A model generated the notes under the pieces. The model saw nothing but the letters and a program-made list of their open reading frames with translations, was not told where the DNA came from and searched no databases. A stretch of 64,000 nt of DNA, taken from Perna viridis. Taxonomy: Eukaryota. The position numbers were made by a program, and so were the translations under genes. This document shows, one piece after another, positions 24,874 through 40,400 of this stretch. The stretch lies in contig CM074517.1 in assembly GCA_037379345.1 (NCBI GenBank), positions 8,370,001-8,434,000 on the forward strand, in the 5' to 3' direction. Numbering within the stretch: position 1 is the first letter of the stretch; each line of letters opens with the position of its first letter.

Positions 24874-25329
24874 GTAGAGACAAAATATTTCCATCGCTTA
24901 TATGATATTAAGGAATAAGTAAAAGTGTTGAGCTCTCGTGCATTATACTTAATATTTCATTTGCGATAAAGATGATTAATTCTCCGATTGAAATAAGTTT
25001 AAATTTTAATACTTTTTTCTAGGGCAATTTACTCACATGGATTGATACAAGTACAAGCCAGAAGCTGAAATGTCGTTTACATTATGGATTTAAACAGAAT
25101 AATTAAAACGTATGACAACATTGGGAATTTATCGTTGAATGTAGATAAAATATTCAATTACTGACGGAGTTTTACATCATATTTTGCTCAACATGGCAGA
25201 TATTATGTATTACTGAAATGAGTATTGTTTGATCAAACACAAATAAGAGACGAAACGCATTTATGAAATGAAAAGACATCATCATTAAAAATCATCGTTA
25301 AAAATCACATAAAGCACAATACACTTAAC

Positions 25330-25650
25330 ACCCCTTTCCATTTTCTCTTTTTAAAATTCCCATTCCACGTACATGTACGATAGCACCTATTTCCACATCC
25401 TTTTTTAAAAATGCATATACATGTACAATAGCTCCCCTTTCCACTTCCTCATTTTAAACATACCCATTCAACATACATGTACGATAGTACCCCCTTCCAC
25501 TGTCTCCTTTTTAAATATCTAATTCAACATACATGTACGATAGTACCCCCTTCCACTGTCTCCTTTTTAAATATCCAATTCAACATACAATAGCACTCTT
25601 TTCAATTTCCTCTTTTTAAAAAATTCCGATTCCACATATATGTACATATA
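25330..25650. repeat. Degenerate tandem repeat, ~57-60-bp unit, ~5 copies
   Basis: Recurring atacatgtacgatagtaccccttccactgtctcctttttaaatat...attcaac. Confidence 0.8.
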
Positions 25651-28600
25651 CATTTCTTTATAATGAAATGTCGTGTTCATTTATTACTACTTTTGAATGT
25701 TTTCTAAATTTGATATTTATCTTTATTTCATTGAATCAAGTGGTCATCTAAGAGCGTATTAGGTACTTAATTGTTGAAATTATTGATATCTGTGGTCAGT
25801 AATGACTTGGCCAAATAATTAAATTATGGTCGATTGATACTGTCGGGCAATTACAATCAGTTCTCTCTTAATGTTATATTTAACGTGAAGTTTGTCTGCT
25901 CTTATTACAACCTGAAACTCAATTGCTACATTATTTAAGTGCAAAACCATTGTGAGAGCAAATAATCGAACCAAACTTGTAGAATTATGTGCTTTTAATT
26001 TTGTATCAGTAAGAAATGATGTGAAAGTTGTATTAATCATTTGACACCATATTTGTGGTTTTCAATGTGTTATCAAAATCGATTTTTGTCCACAAAACGT
26101 ATACCTTCCCTTTTGTTATAAAATACGCAGCACATAAGAAGTAAAAATCATAATTTAATCGTTAAAACTCTTTGAATTTGGACGAACCATTTGAGACCCG
26201 AGAGTAACGGAGATTAAACAATGTATATCAAATAGTCAAATCGAACAGCAGGCTAACTGCATCCAAGGACATAAGATGACAAGATAACAGCCATTCATGG
26301 TTATGAGTGTAAAGATATATATGGATATGATGATTAATTGAATAGCGTGAATAACCAAAATAGATCATGAGTGCCGACGAATGCATATATCTAAAGAGTG
26401 GAGGAGCTTGTTCCTTGCACGAGTTAAATCTTGATGCGTTCTCTGCATGAGTGATCATATTTTAGTTATTCACAATAACTAATTGATTATCCTGTTTATT
26501 GTATAGACTTTCTCCCTTATGTATTGCTATTTTCGACATTAAATTTATTTTTTTGAACGGCAGATTGATGTTCATGTTGTGATGTTGTGTGATTGTTGCC
26601 CAAAAGTGAAATTGCCGAATATACTATCGAAAACCTTTACACTGGGAACGTTCGGTGAATCGCTACTATCTATATGTTAATGTGTATTAATATATTTTTC
26701 AATTATATATCAACTGTTAACCTATTTCTTCCATCTAATTTATACTTTCATCATTATAACTCAATTAGTATGTACACTGTACAGACTATTCCTGACAAGA
26801 CTTGAGATTGTTTGATTTTAAAGCTTATGGAGAATACCAATGAAAAACAACCAGAACCAGATTCACCAGCATAGAAACATATTATACTTCTTTATATGCA
26901 ATCTGAACAATACCTGAGGAAGTGTCGTTTCAAGAAATGAATAATGACTAGAGTGAACTTTTCGACTCATGCTAATTCCGTAAGTGGCAGAGAAGAGAGG
27001 ATGTACTACACAGCTTGCCATAAAGTTTCACATGAGAAAGGTGCTACATTATACCTTAATAACAGATGTATTTTTGTTTTATATAAATGCTGCAGTGTAC
27101 CGATATTTGTTTTTGTATTTTCGGTTGTACGTTTGGTTACGGTACAAGTAAAAAAAGTGTTCAGCAGCATTAGGCAAATCCAAATATTCAAATAGAAAAA
27201 AATATTTGTGTAAGTAGTTAACACCTAAATCCATCGGAAAGTTAAAATATGATGTAATAAAATTATTTAAAAAAAAAAAACAGGCTGCTAGAGATATTTG
27301 AATACTATGGCTGCAAGCAAAATGAATGCCACAATATGATTTTATTTGAAAACTTGACTCCGCCTAAATATAGGTCCAATAAAAGAAAAGTTAAAGTAAG
27401 TGACCTCTAAACTTAACCTTAAGTAAAGACAGTGACAAAGAGAATTACATAAAATATATGTTCAATGTACAATGTACAATTGACATTTGCTCTAGGTCAT
27501 AAATTTAATGTGCAGTTTCCCTAAGTTGACACATATCTTCTCTTAAGCTTGTTGCACGTTTATACAATTTGTCAAAAACTATCACGAACACTCTGTCTCG
27601 ACTGATAGCTCGTTTATAACCAGGATTAACTAAGCTATTAGTTTTTCATTATCTTATGTGATATCGCTTCAATTATAAATCTTACAACGTTTAGATTAAT
27701 ATTGTAATGACCAGTGAGACTATAAATAATCATCGGTAATACAGCGTGAAAGTTTATATTGGTCTTTTACATTTTAAAGAATATTTTGTGGTAGTATTGA
27801 GGAAAACGTTTAGACGGTGAACTATTTTTACTGTTCACATTAAAGTATGATATAGACAGATTCCGGTTTAATAAAAAGTTTCAAACTGAGATTTTCTGTC
27901 TGAAAGAACAATTTGCTCAATTAATTGATTGAAAGAAAAAAACTCAGTTATGGGAGTATTTCCTAATCTGAGATGTATATAAAACCCTTGCAAGGATCCG
28001 CATTGCTAAACCATTATGATACATTTTGTTTGTTAAGTTGGAACATGAAAAACATATACTTAATTTAAGTATTGATGGTTGAGCGACATAAAACAGAAAA
28101 AAAACCCAATTTGCTTCTTAACAAGCACAAAGTGTTTCTAATGCAACCTGGAATGACTACCTGGAAATGAAAATCTTAGAAAAATGTCACTCTATTACCT
28201 TAATGGCTTGATTCACTGAAACATAAAGTGGTAGAAAATGCTTGAGAGTAGATCAAACATTAAAAACACGTTTTCACCGAACGATTTAGAATGTGATTAT
28301 TTGCCTTAATTCTCCAGTATCAAAGGAATCAGGAATCCCTAGTCGTTCGTCCCGACTTGATTTACCTAATCAATGAAGACTCTAATGTGATCTTAGCGAA
28401 ATTGCTTTTATTGCAATTTGTAGATTCTTTGATTTTTCTTATATAGATTAACTTAAAATGAATATGCAGTTGTTCTGTCCAAGGTATTTGCTAATTTTTA
28501 ACTTAAAGCTAATGTTGATAACAACCCAACATACGGGTTATTGTTATCCATGATATATGATACAATTATTGAAACTTGTTCAAATGACCGAGTGTGGAGT

Positions 28601-31426
28601 GAAATTGGAGTTAATCACTTCTCTCACCTCTTGTGGAATACTTTATTTGGTTTTAATATTCATAAAGGAAATTCATTAATAGCTATATCTAATTAGCATA
28701 TGCCTTTTCCGTGCATTATGATTGGTTGTTTACCTTTTACGACCTCAGCGATGATAGCTGTTACAACAACGTAAATTCTTTTTACATATTGTCAACGATA
28801 TCGTTACCATCTTTTCATAGAAAAGCAGACTCGATGAAAGACGTGAAACGATATTATCTGCTTTCCTCCTTTCATTTTCGGCATCGTATATAAAAAAAAC
28901 AGTATTTGATTTTTTATAGATTCGAGGGATAGAATGTATAATTGCATTGGAGAATCTGGAAATGTACAAGAGAAAGGGCCCTTACCCAATCCAAAACATG
29001 TTTAATTTTAGACAAATGTGAAAAATAAGCATTATATTAATTTTTTGTCGTTAATAAAGTACTTATCAACGAATTAGTTTCATTGTTAAGACAAGATTTA
29101 ACATTTAAAAATGCACAATTTCAGAAGGGGGTCCTGACCCCGTACCATCCCCACCCCCATGATCCGGCTGTGAATACCCTCGTAAATACATTTGATGTGT
29201 GTTTTAGTTGTAATTAATGCTTACTATGACTTTACATCTCTAAGTACCTTTGGCATATCTAGACAACTCAACAATTCTTTCACTACTGATAACATACTAA
29301 ACTAACAATCATTTGATGTCTGGCTTTGTAAATTACAATAATTGAAAACCAAGAGGAATATATTTTTTGTAAAGTCTTCAACACGTTGTTACTTAAATGT
29401 AAATAATTAGTTAATAATGCCATTCCTCTCCAATCTTCGCCGCCATATAACTTATAAAGGTCTTAATGCTTTCAATTCTTCACTTAAATGTCCCACAAAA
29501 GTGATATTTAAGTGCCTATAAATTAAGGCTTTGTCCCCATTACTGCTCGTTCAGGCATTATAATGAACAGGTTTTTCTTAATGGACACAGTTCTCAACCC
29601 ACACCATGCTTTAATTAACTAGTCGGTAATAAAATGAAAGCAACTCAAATTTACAAAATAGAAGATAAAATGATTTTTATGAATTAAAACGATAGACAGC
29701 ACACGAGGCTGCTATGAAAATAACGTATAACATAATACAGTTGTAATTTGCAACATATTGACTTTGGGAATTTCCTTTGGGAATTTCCTTTGGGAATCGT
29801 AAATTGAACTAACGTTGTGTGATACTGAATAAACTTGTTAACTCTATAGTGTTCATTTGCTCCCATGTCCGTTTCATTCATTTTTGTATCATTTTTTTTT
29901 TATCGATAAACAGTGGGATTGCTCAGTTCTTGTTTTATTGCAATTGTGTGAATACAGCATATCAACTAGCATTTAATCATCCTCTTCCGCGTTAGAAATG
30001 CCCCTAATATTTTATTGTTGTTACCACTTTATTCATGTTCAAAAGACTTCCTGACTTTTCTAATCATTTAAAAGAGAAGAAACTCAAACATTTTCCTCAT
30101 CAGTAAATGCAACTTAATATTTGGAGCGGAGTAAGTAAAAGACAAAGAAAGGTCAAAGTAAAAGACATGATGATGAAAATGGGGGAGGGGGTCTGTCAAG
30201 TTTAAACCTAAGAAAATGCCATTCTGATCAACAGGTTTGTACTCGTTTCCAGCCAAACATTTGTAGTTTCATGGAGATTCTGAAATTAAGATTTCCATCA
30301 AATTCTTTCCAAAATAACATTCCAATTGGTTGTAAATATCAATCAACATTTATTCCAAAGTGCAAAAATGGAATGACAGATTGAAAATGGTTTTGTGGTT
30401 TGTAAATGCTTTTTGAATTAGAAATTGAAATGAAAATTGTGAGTTTTTGGCGTTCATGATCCCACCTGTCTGATGTTTGGAAAGTCTTCTACTTAAAGCT
30501 TAAAAGCATTGAAGAAATTCTAAATTTGAGATTTCTAATAAAACCCCGTTCAGTTACATACAAAACGAACGTTTAATAGGATATCATACAAACATGGATA
30601 CAAAAGCCACAGAAAGATTCCTAGATAGAAGCTGTTGTATTTAAGATTTATTAGGATAACCAAACAAATTATGGAGTATCTGCATTTATTTGTAACTAGT
30701 GGTATGATACAATTCAAATCAGAAACTACAACGAACGAGAAGAGAATTAATAAGTATGGAATAGCGTAAATTTTCAACTGATGAAATGAAAGCCTTCCTA
30801 ATCATTATCTGAGTTGATAACTTCTGCAATCCAAACAGGCGACTTAGTACAACAAAACTTGTAGTTTAGAATAAAAAGTTCGATCTAGGTAAGCTAAACT
30901 GTTCATGTCAGCTATTGATAATGTTTGCGTGTAGACACCATGGAAGTTTAACATAGTCTTCAACATTAACACTCTACAGTGGAAAATGTTGAAGCACGAA
31001 ATGTTTACAAGCGATCACTTATAACCATATGGAATAGAAGTGAGCTAAGCAGAGACTTACATCCGGATAAATATAGCTAGTTAATAGGGGAACAAGTTGT
31101 AAATGTGTTATTTGTTTTATATTATGATGAAGGTCGTGTACCAAATGATATTATACTTTTTATACCGAAAAGTCAAATGAATGGTACTTTCCCTTTAAAG
31201 TAGTCTTAGCTGACATGTTAAGGACTGTGTATAAAAATTTCATTACAACTGTCTATCTACAAAACTTGAGCGTACATTTTTGTCTTTGTTTTTTAAAGTA
31301 AAGAACCAACATTAAAGAAAATGGTGTAAGAATTAAATAAAAAACGACGTTTATTTTAAACATTGAAAGGAAACATTTAAGATACAAAAGTTTCGACACT
31401 TATCCTCGTGACAGGGAAGCTAATTA

Positions 31427-31903
31427 GTTTGTTTGTTGGGGTTTAACGTCCGAGCAGCAATATTTCAGCTATATTCAGACGATGAATATGAAATTGATGA
31501 TAAAATGAACATGCAATGAAAAAAAAAAATAAATTGATTGCCACTGGAAGTAGGGAGAGGTGAGTAGGGTCGGGCAATTTAGCCTCCTGTGGCGGAGCCC
31601 TATGGTTCCTACTCCGGAAGAATACCACAGTAGGGTTCTTTAACGTGCGAGGAACGTGGCATCTTTCCCAACACGGTGCACTACTATGGTTTGCGGTCAG
31701 GTTTTCCGTATTATAGCCTGACAACCCCAGCATGTTACACGCCAGGGGTACCCCATTCAACCACCTGGGGCACACATCCCAGTTACTCTGTGGACAGAGC
31801 GCCCTAGCCCCCGGTTAGGGTCCTGAGCACTATTTAGTCGCCTTTTACGACAAGCTTACCGCTGCCGCAGGCCTATTCTTTCAACATCCGGACCTGCACG
31901 GGT
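31427..31903 (-). mobile_element. SINE-like retroposon, copy 2 (both ends present) with 14-bp TSD
   Basis: Perfect TSD agggaagctaatta at 31413-31426 and 31904-31917. (CAAA)n tail; head cccgtgcaggtcc. Collinear with the other two copies. Confidence 0.9.
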
Positions 31904-34900
31904 AGGGAAGCTAATTAAAGGCGAATATATAAGTGTACATATTTTTACTGTTGTCAACATTGTCATAAATGAAATTTGTTTAGTTTTGTGTAACAGTTGA
32001 ACACACAAAAATATTGATATAAATCAAGATATCAACCTTTAGAAAGTGAACATGTTATATTTTATTTTCTGTTAGGTGTTATCATAATAATGAACGTTTT
32101 GAATATTCTTCAGCAGATATTTGAGGTTTGATTACTCTCAAAGACCAAACCCAACATGGCAATCAAATCTTAATCTAGAAATCGTATAATGTCATATCCA
32201 TTTATGGTTCATCGGTTTGACTCATTTGGACCTCAATCTGCATATTTCGCCTCATCAAAAAATTAATAATGAGTAAGTCTGTATCATTTGAGTGCATTTT
32301 TCATATCATGCTATCGGTCTTTCTAAGTGACAAGATTTTTTATCATATGGGGAAAAATCTGCAGGCAATTATGCTTTATGGCTAAAGAGTATTCAGAGCA
32401 CCTGCTGACTTTTTAAAGCTACATTAAACTCAATATCAGTAATTTGAAGACAAAACAATGGCAGAAGAAAAACACCTGAATCAAATAGTAAAAGATTAGT
32501 TCATCAGGCTCATCTGATGTGAAATATTTTCGTTTTACTCGTCTAAAAGAATGAAATCGTTATCATTTATGTTTTTGACACTGTCATTGAAAAAAAAGAA
32601 AATTATATAATTGATAATTTTATGTTACGTTAAATTTCCCATTTGTTATATTAGTAGAGAAAGATTAGCGCATTTCAAAAGAAAGTGGAAGATTTGTGGA
32701 GGTCCCATAGGAACACAAATTTATCGAACATGACGTCTAAAATCCGATTAAGACAATAAAACAGTAGAATGAAATAAATGATGAATTGTGCACTGAATCT
32801 CTGACTTAATGTTCAAATTCGGTGACAACTAAGCTGTGTAGAAATGCCTGTAAATATGTAGCTCTAAAACTCCTACAATGTTGTGTGATCTTGTCCAATC
32901 CTTTAAATTAACGAATGATTGGTTATTTTCCCAACGGATGTAGCTTTCTTCACATTAAGCTTTAGAACAAATTAAGTGCTACTGGTCAGAGTCAAAATAA
33001 TTTCAACAATATGCCTACTAATGAAGCAAGCTATATCTATAATATAGAACCATTCATTTGCCAAATATGGAACCCAATCCTAACCCATGTTATTTACATT
33101 TATACTTAAAGCTGTCAAAAAATGTCATCTGATAGCATTAAACTTGTTACTCAAGAGTATGTTTTTTTCTCTTTTTTTTTAAATATCTGAAGAACAATTT
33201 AAAAAAAAAACTTTGATTCTATTGTTGTGTATATGTAACATCATTAAGACCATTGAAGTTGATACTCTACATAACACATTTCCACATAAACAAATAAACC
33301 TCAGATTTAAACATTTTTATAAAACCCTATTCTTTAGGAAAAAAAGGAAGTATGTTGACTGAAATTCGTGTTTCGTTAGATAAGATTGATTGTTTGATCG
33401 GATTCAATTTCCTACGGCAGACCTTTCATATATCCGAAAATGAAAACATATGCTTTGATACGTAGAGACAGGTATTTAATAGACTTGCTGTAGAAAGCAA
33501 ACGTGTGCAGATAAGCATTTCACTCCACTCGGGCACATTAATCTGACTTCAAGCCAACTAGTCGTTACTGCATCTTTTTTTTGCACGCACCTTGAGTCAG
33601 CACTCTACCAACAACTGAGGCCGTTCGTTAGGATAGAACCCAGTAACTTTCAAACTTCTCCGAAGTAAAAAAAACAATTAACAAATACTGGGCTTTCGAT
33701 TCTAGATTTGGTGATTTTCTCGATCGCATGAGTCTCTATGAACTAGAAAAGTTTGTTCATCAATGTTTTATTCGTTTGCTGTAACTTTCTATTTGCTACT
33801 ATATACAAAGTGTATATGGACTCATATGTCATTTTACAGTATATTGACGTAAAACGTAGTATTTTTTCGGGATCAATATCATGCATGCTTTTTGGGTATG
33901 ATTATGCTTCAATCTTACTTTACTTATGAATGTTCCCAGTTGTATTTGGGTAGGGTTGTGAAATTATTTTTGTTCGAGAAGAGATATCTCATTAATTCAG
34001 ATTTACTTTGTTTTCATTTGTAACTTGTTCCTGTTTCTCTCTCCGTTTTATTTTCTCATGTTCCCTGGGAGTAAGATCCTAGCATTAAATGTTCCTGTGC
34101 TTGATGCATGATTTCAATTCCAACAATTTTAATTCACGATGTATATTTTACTCAGTTTTCAAACAAGGCACTTAACTTTGAGAATAAGCTCGTAAATATA
34201 AGTCTTATCTTTGTACAGTATTATGTTTGGCTTGTGAATTGTGAACAAGCTGTGAAAAATAAACATCAACAATTTATATGCATAAAGTTTGATTACATAG
34301 AGATCTTACAAGAAAAGAAAACGCGGAATGAAAACCGCTAGCATTATACTACCCTAATGGAATAAAAAGTGATCACAGTTCATTTCTAAATCCTACACAA
34401 CATTGTCTTTCAAGAGAAGGTATTAAGGGTTTTATGAAATAAATTGATTGGTGTTAAAGTCACAGTGGTGTCAATAGGTACTTATCAAACATGTGAATAG
34501 TCATTTCTACCATGATCCGATTGTTTATGCCAATCTCAAATGATGTGACATACCTTCAAAGGCTATATTGGTTGCTTAACGCCACTTCACTCGTCATGCA
34601 AACAATTCAATGCAATTGATATATTTTTGCGGAGGTTGAAATATCATGAAATGAATTTAGCCTTGGACTGTTTTGATTTTAACTGCCAGAACCCCATCAT
34701 ATCTAGTTGCACTTAAGGGTTACAATTAACCCAACCTTTTTAATTGTTCAATCGTTGAATATATCTTAATGCCTTGAATAAACTATTCTTAAAACTATAC
34801 TTTCATATGTTTTATTTCTGTTAAAATGTTATTACTAGTATATACATGTGAACAAACAGTTCTCATAGACATTGTGGATTTCATTTCATTTCAACCATGA

Positions 34901-35339
34901 AATCGATGATAGTGCACGTACTATACTTTCGTGTCCATGCCACACTACAGCAATATAATAATGTAAAATATTTTTTTCTTCATACAAGGTACTTTGTTCT
35001 TATGAACAAAACTCCCCCATACCCTATTATGCATTTAAATATACAATATGTGATTGAAATCTACCAATAAACACCTTGTGTATGTATCCTTTGCTTATTT
35101 ATTTCATTGATATAATCATTAACCTATTTCAAGGATAAATGTAGAACCAGACCGAAGGTGGGCATCAAATCAACACCTTTACTTGCTAATCCTTCACTGA
35201 AGTTTTATGATGCTGATTTTACAAATTATCTACTAAAATAAATCCGCAAATTGGTAAAGTCTTTAAGTTCCAGTGTCTGTTTCAAAGTTGATGTTTTATC
35301 AATAACTAATTATAGCTTTGGGACATTCTTCATCTTATC

Positions 35340-35790
35340 TACTCAAAAAGAGCTTGAAATTAAGGGCATTACAAGACACTTAAGTCTGCGTCTAATCTTA
35401 ACTTTGAATATGATGAAATAGGGAAAGCGTTCAACTGAACTCAATAACAACGGCTTTGATTTCCCCGTTGTAAAGAACGGTTTGTTGTGTTATAACATTC
35501 AAGTTGTGCCAGTGGCCATTTATGTGTTATTTAATGTCAAAATTATGTGGATTTTTGAAAAAAAAACTATAGGAATGAATATGTGCTTCCCATAAGTTCT
35601 TCAGCCGTCGTTATGACATAATAAACCGATACTCAATGGCCAACTTTAAGTTTACAAACGATCTCCATCTGTCAAAGGTATGTTCCTCATCAACCTATTT
35701 GACTTAGGCGTTCAATGAGCAGCACAGCGAGTGTCTTGCAAGAAGCCGACTTGCCGAGTTCCTGCTTTGTTTTACTCTTTGTACTTTTGA
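35340..35790 (+). mobile_element. Old, diverged Penelope-like RT-thumb/3' UTR relic
   Basis: aaagagcttgaaattaagg...aagtctgcgtctaatctt (KELEIK..KSAS.L), tttgatttccccgttgtaa (FDFPVV) and an atgagcagcacagcgagtgtc UTR remnant. Confidence 0.55.
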
Positions 35791-37365
35791 GTCATTTGTG
35801 TTCTTCCACTTTGTTTTCATTTTTTCCTTTTGGTGTTACTGATTATGATTTATTCACGAATTTACCACCGTTTTACTTTGCGTTCGATATTGTTACTTCT
35901 TTTCGGTTTAAAATGAAAAAAAAATACATATTCCAAGATAAATTTGGTCCATTCGTTGATTTAAATTACATCTATAATTTAAAAACATACGTTATTATCG
36001 CCTCTTTTTTAATTCTTATACAACACCTTATATGAAGCAGGAAAATTTGATGACCAGCTGTTTCTTACAAATGGCACGAGGACATCAAACATCGGCAAAA
36101 ATGTAAACTTTCAAAATAGATATGCAATTTAGAGGCAATTTAAATCAATTACATGAAAAAATGTAAAAATAGCAAACAGATGCTGTATACATACACACTG
36201 AATATAACAAAATATATTTACATATAAAGTTGAAAATAAGATAAACAAAACACCCCACACAAAACCATTGCTCTTGCTAATACGAACTCACACAAAATTC
36301 CTGGAATGACATCAAATGCTCCGAAAGGGTAAGCAAGTCCTTCCCCACATTGGCACCCGGTATATTACCAGTGAGTACAATCTGGTAAGTGTCAAGTTCG
36401 GTGGGTTGTCAATTCGAAAAGAGGTGAAAACTTATTGAAAATATCTACTGTCGTGTATATGATAGAGCTTTAATCCAGTCAATCAAATTATAACCGCTAA
36501 ACGGCTGTATTGCTTCAAACAGTGCAATGTTTTAGACTTCAACATTTATTCACCATACATTATTTTAGAAAAAGTTTTGAAAAGAAAGAACGATTTTATA
36601 AAGTTTGGTTTATTAGTCCAAAAGATTTCTACTACCGTGTGTCTATTAAGCGACGCCTCCATATTTTTAATGTTTCATCTTATATCATGTGAAAGTTCAT
36701 TCTTCTAATGTGAACATAGTTCGTTAGCATTCTATAATCAAACAATTTTTCATTAAGCCATGTATCATTGATAAACTATTTTAAACAGAGTGTAAATGCA
36801 ATAAATAAGGTATCATCCAATTTGTTGTCATAGCCATTAAGAAAGATTTTTATAATACTTGATGATAATACTTATTTATTTGAACTCCATTTTCTATCAG
36901 TTGTCAGACTAGGATTTACAGAGAAGGATGACAGGAGGACAGTAATGTATTAATCGGAAGCCGGAGTTTTATAATTCCTCTCATGATTTGCATTTAATTT
37001 TACAGTTTTACTTAACCAGATATACCGACGAAGGACAAACAATGATTCTACTTTGGTTTTCTCTTCAAACGAACTTAACGGAAATTTTGTTTTGTCCTAG
37101 AAATAAAAAAATAGTAACAAAACTGTGGTTTAAATATTTTAATCATCTTGCCTTATCAAATACATGTTCCAAGATTTTCAGAAAATGCATAAATGAGTAT
37201 ATATTAAAAATATTGCATTTATTGGCAGAAGTAACTTAAAGGTTCTCAATATAGCTTTGTTGTCTATTGAAAAGTAAACATTTCAAATTAATATTGACTG
37301 ATACCCAAATTAATCATTTTTAAATACCAAACTTCAAATAAAGCAATTATTTTACATGAATAAAT

Positions 37366-37410
37366 TAACAAAACAACAACAACAATAGCAACAACAACAA
37401 CAACTACAAA

Positions 37411-37450
<40 letters not shown>
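37366..37450. repeat. Compound microsatellite (AAC)n/(AAT)n
   Basis: Visible trinucleotide runs; these explain spurious ORF 37288..37506. Confidence 0.95.
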
Positions 37451-37452
<2 letters not shown>

Positions 37453-40400
37453 ATTTATTATTATTATTGATATATTTACTATGATATTAGTGTCATTAAT
37501 AGTCACAAATAGTGAAATGACAACATTTATATAGCAAATGAATAAAAGGTAATCATACAGTAATAAACTAATTCATTCTTAAATGAAATATCAAAAGGAA
37601 CGACGATAATACTTACTCGTCAAAAATGAAATATGTTGAGCTAGTTTTTTCCAGGTTATAATCATAAGCCCATTTTGGTAATATTAGAAGAAGCACCTAG
37701 GTATCAATGTTCTTTTCAATACATCCAGACTAACAGTGAATTGAATAAGATAAGAGGAGTTATTTAACTGTTTGTTGTACTACTCTTGTTACAACCAAGC
37801 TATATATATCTCTCCTCTTTCTTTTTAAAACCTTGTATTGAAATGAACTTGGGAATTTCACATTAACGAATCTATTCTGGTGTTAAATAAGAGAAACAAT
37901 AATAAAAATAGATTTACCGGATACAACAGACGATTGTCCTGTCATAATATCAAGCAAAAGCACGAAAATGTTATTAATTATCGTTTGAATTAAATGATTG
38001 ACGTATTGACCAATAAATGCTATGATGACATATAGTAATAACCAATCAACAAATCGTTTACATGAAATGATAGAAAAGCTACAGTGATGCAATTACCGGC
38101 ATGCTTGTAAAACGTCTGGTTGTGTTTATTTAATTGATACGATATCCGTGAATATGATGCAATAAAGTATATAACCAGCATGACCGTATTCATTACACGT
38201 AGAAGGTAGTTTTCCTCGACCGAACGAGGCTTTATTATATTTTATGTTTTTATACACAAAAATTGACGGTTTTAATATCAGCACCAGTGCGTCGTGTAAT
38301 TTATTGTTTTAATCCAATCCGATATTTCATTTGCATGATAGCAATGCCCACGGTATAAAATTCCATATCGAATAACTCTTCGGGATTACTAACGCTGTTT
38401 AATACGAATCTTACAATCTAAAATATTGTTATAGGAATGTTTACTCGTCCAGTAGTAGTACTAACTCATACTTTGATTTGATTTTTACTAATAATAACAT
38501 TAATTTTGTCCTTCAGAAATGATAAACTAAATTTTAAAAAAATGTTTTAAATGCATGATAACGGCCGTCAGATTGTTATTTAGATAACAGTTACATTTTT
38601 GACGTTTTCTCCTCACAAAGTTTATATGAAAGAGAAAATTAAATGATAACAATTTAGTTACCTCACAATCTATATATATTTCACAGTGCCTGAAGTGGTC
38701 TTGATTTTAAGCTCTATTAAAATGCAATCGACATAAGATAATACATAGCTTCCTTTTTTAGGGCCGCTAAATGTTAACTCAATGAATAACCGAATAGTGA
38801 CAAGGATACTTTATTAATCAATGGTAATGATTTTAATCTTAAAGTGCAGATATAAGAAGAAAGGAATTCAAGCACAAAAGTTTCAAATATCCGATATATC
38901 GGACGTAAAATGTAGAATAGAAATAGGACATTTTTGTGACCGTAATTTTTAAAGTATATGCTTCTAAGACTACGTTTGTGTCGTGCAAAAAGGCCCCTGT
39001 CTTTATTTTGTTTTAAGATCTTTTTGATATCACCCATAGATGTAAACTTTTTTTTCCTTTGTCATTTTTGGTTGTTCATATAAATCCGCCAAAACTGGCT
39101 GAAAAGTTAACAAAAACGCAAGCCTTTTGACTATTTTGTTTTCTTGTTTAACTGTGCATCATCTTAAATCTTATCATCTGTCTTATGAAAACATGAATAA
39201 AAACGTTTGACCTTTATTACCTTTACCCTTATGTCAAGACATGAAAACCTAAAGGAATGCATAAAACAAAAAAAAAGCAAACACAAAAACAAAAACAAAC
39301 AAAAACAAACTAACTAACAAACAAAAACAAACAAACTAACAAACAAAAAAGAAAAAAAAACATTTAATTGACGTTCGTCAAACACAAAACAAAAATATCA
39401 ATAAACAACAAACAAAAACAATATATACATGAACATGCCTTCTGTAACAAAGTTCTAGGTAGACGAATGTCAGATCCGTTAAAGAAGACGTTGTTTACAA
39501 ATTTTGAAATGGAAGAATTTGAGTTTCTCGTGCTTGTTTTGACGCGCGGAAATATAATTTTGTTGTAGAGGATCTTTCGAGTATTTTTCATTGTAAGTAT
39601 TTCGTCCAGTCATTAACAGAATTCTTTTTAACAATTCGTTTTCATGATAGGTTATTTCAAACTTTATCTCCAACAATTTCACACGAATATCTTACTGTTA
39701 TCATTAATAAATATTTTCTTTATATTTGTATCATCGTGACATTTGACTTATAATCAATTTAATACCAACTAATTTTCTTACTTGCAGAAAACGTATTGCC
39801 ACCGCAATACTCCGTAAACTAGTGAATGTTTGCTAAATATGCGACGGAGATTGACTCTGGAGATATGTATAGAAAACATAAACGGTTAATAAACTTATTT
39901 TCAGTAAAAATTGGCAATGCAATGTTTTCTAATCATAAAAAAAACTTATTCATTGTAAGTAGAAAACAAATGAAACTAATAGCAAAGGGGCTGTCACTTG
40001 GTATTAAGAATTTAATACTTTTATTTTTATTACTTTTTAAAAGGATGAGCTAAACAGACATATTGATTTTTTGGCCATTAAAGGATAATGAAATCCCGGA
40101 GAATAGATAATCCCTGATCAAAATATGAAATTTAAAATATAATTATAGAATAGTAATAGTTTTTTATTTCATTAAATTGAGTAAAAATAAAATGGCTAAA
40201 AGGCTCTGAAATGTCATTTTGCGAATTGATGTTCACATTATTTACTTTTCGTGAACTCGAACGGAACGCTTGCATTATGTTTTCTGCTTGAAAGTGTGGG
40301 CGGTTAGGCATTATACCTTCTATGACTAAATCCTGAAATTTTACGCTGAGAAATAACTTAATGGCTTAAGCCTGACCATCCTGAACACCACTACAATCAC

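Noticed and set aside
31443-31775. Paralogous ORFs 31443..31775 and 44989..45378 as a small protein family
   Set aside because: They lie inside the SINE-like repeat, and indels between copies change the reading. The similarity is at DNA level.
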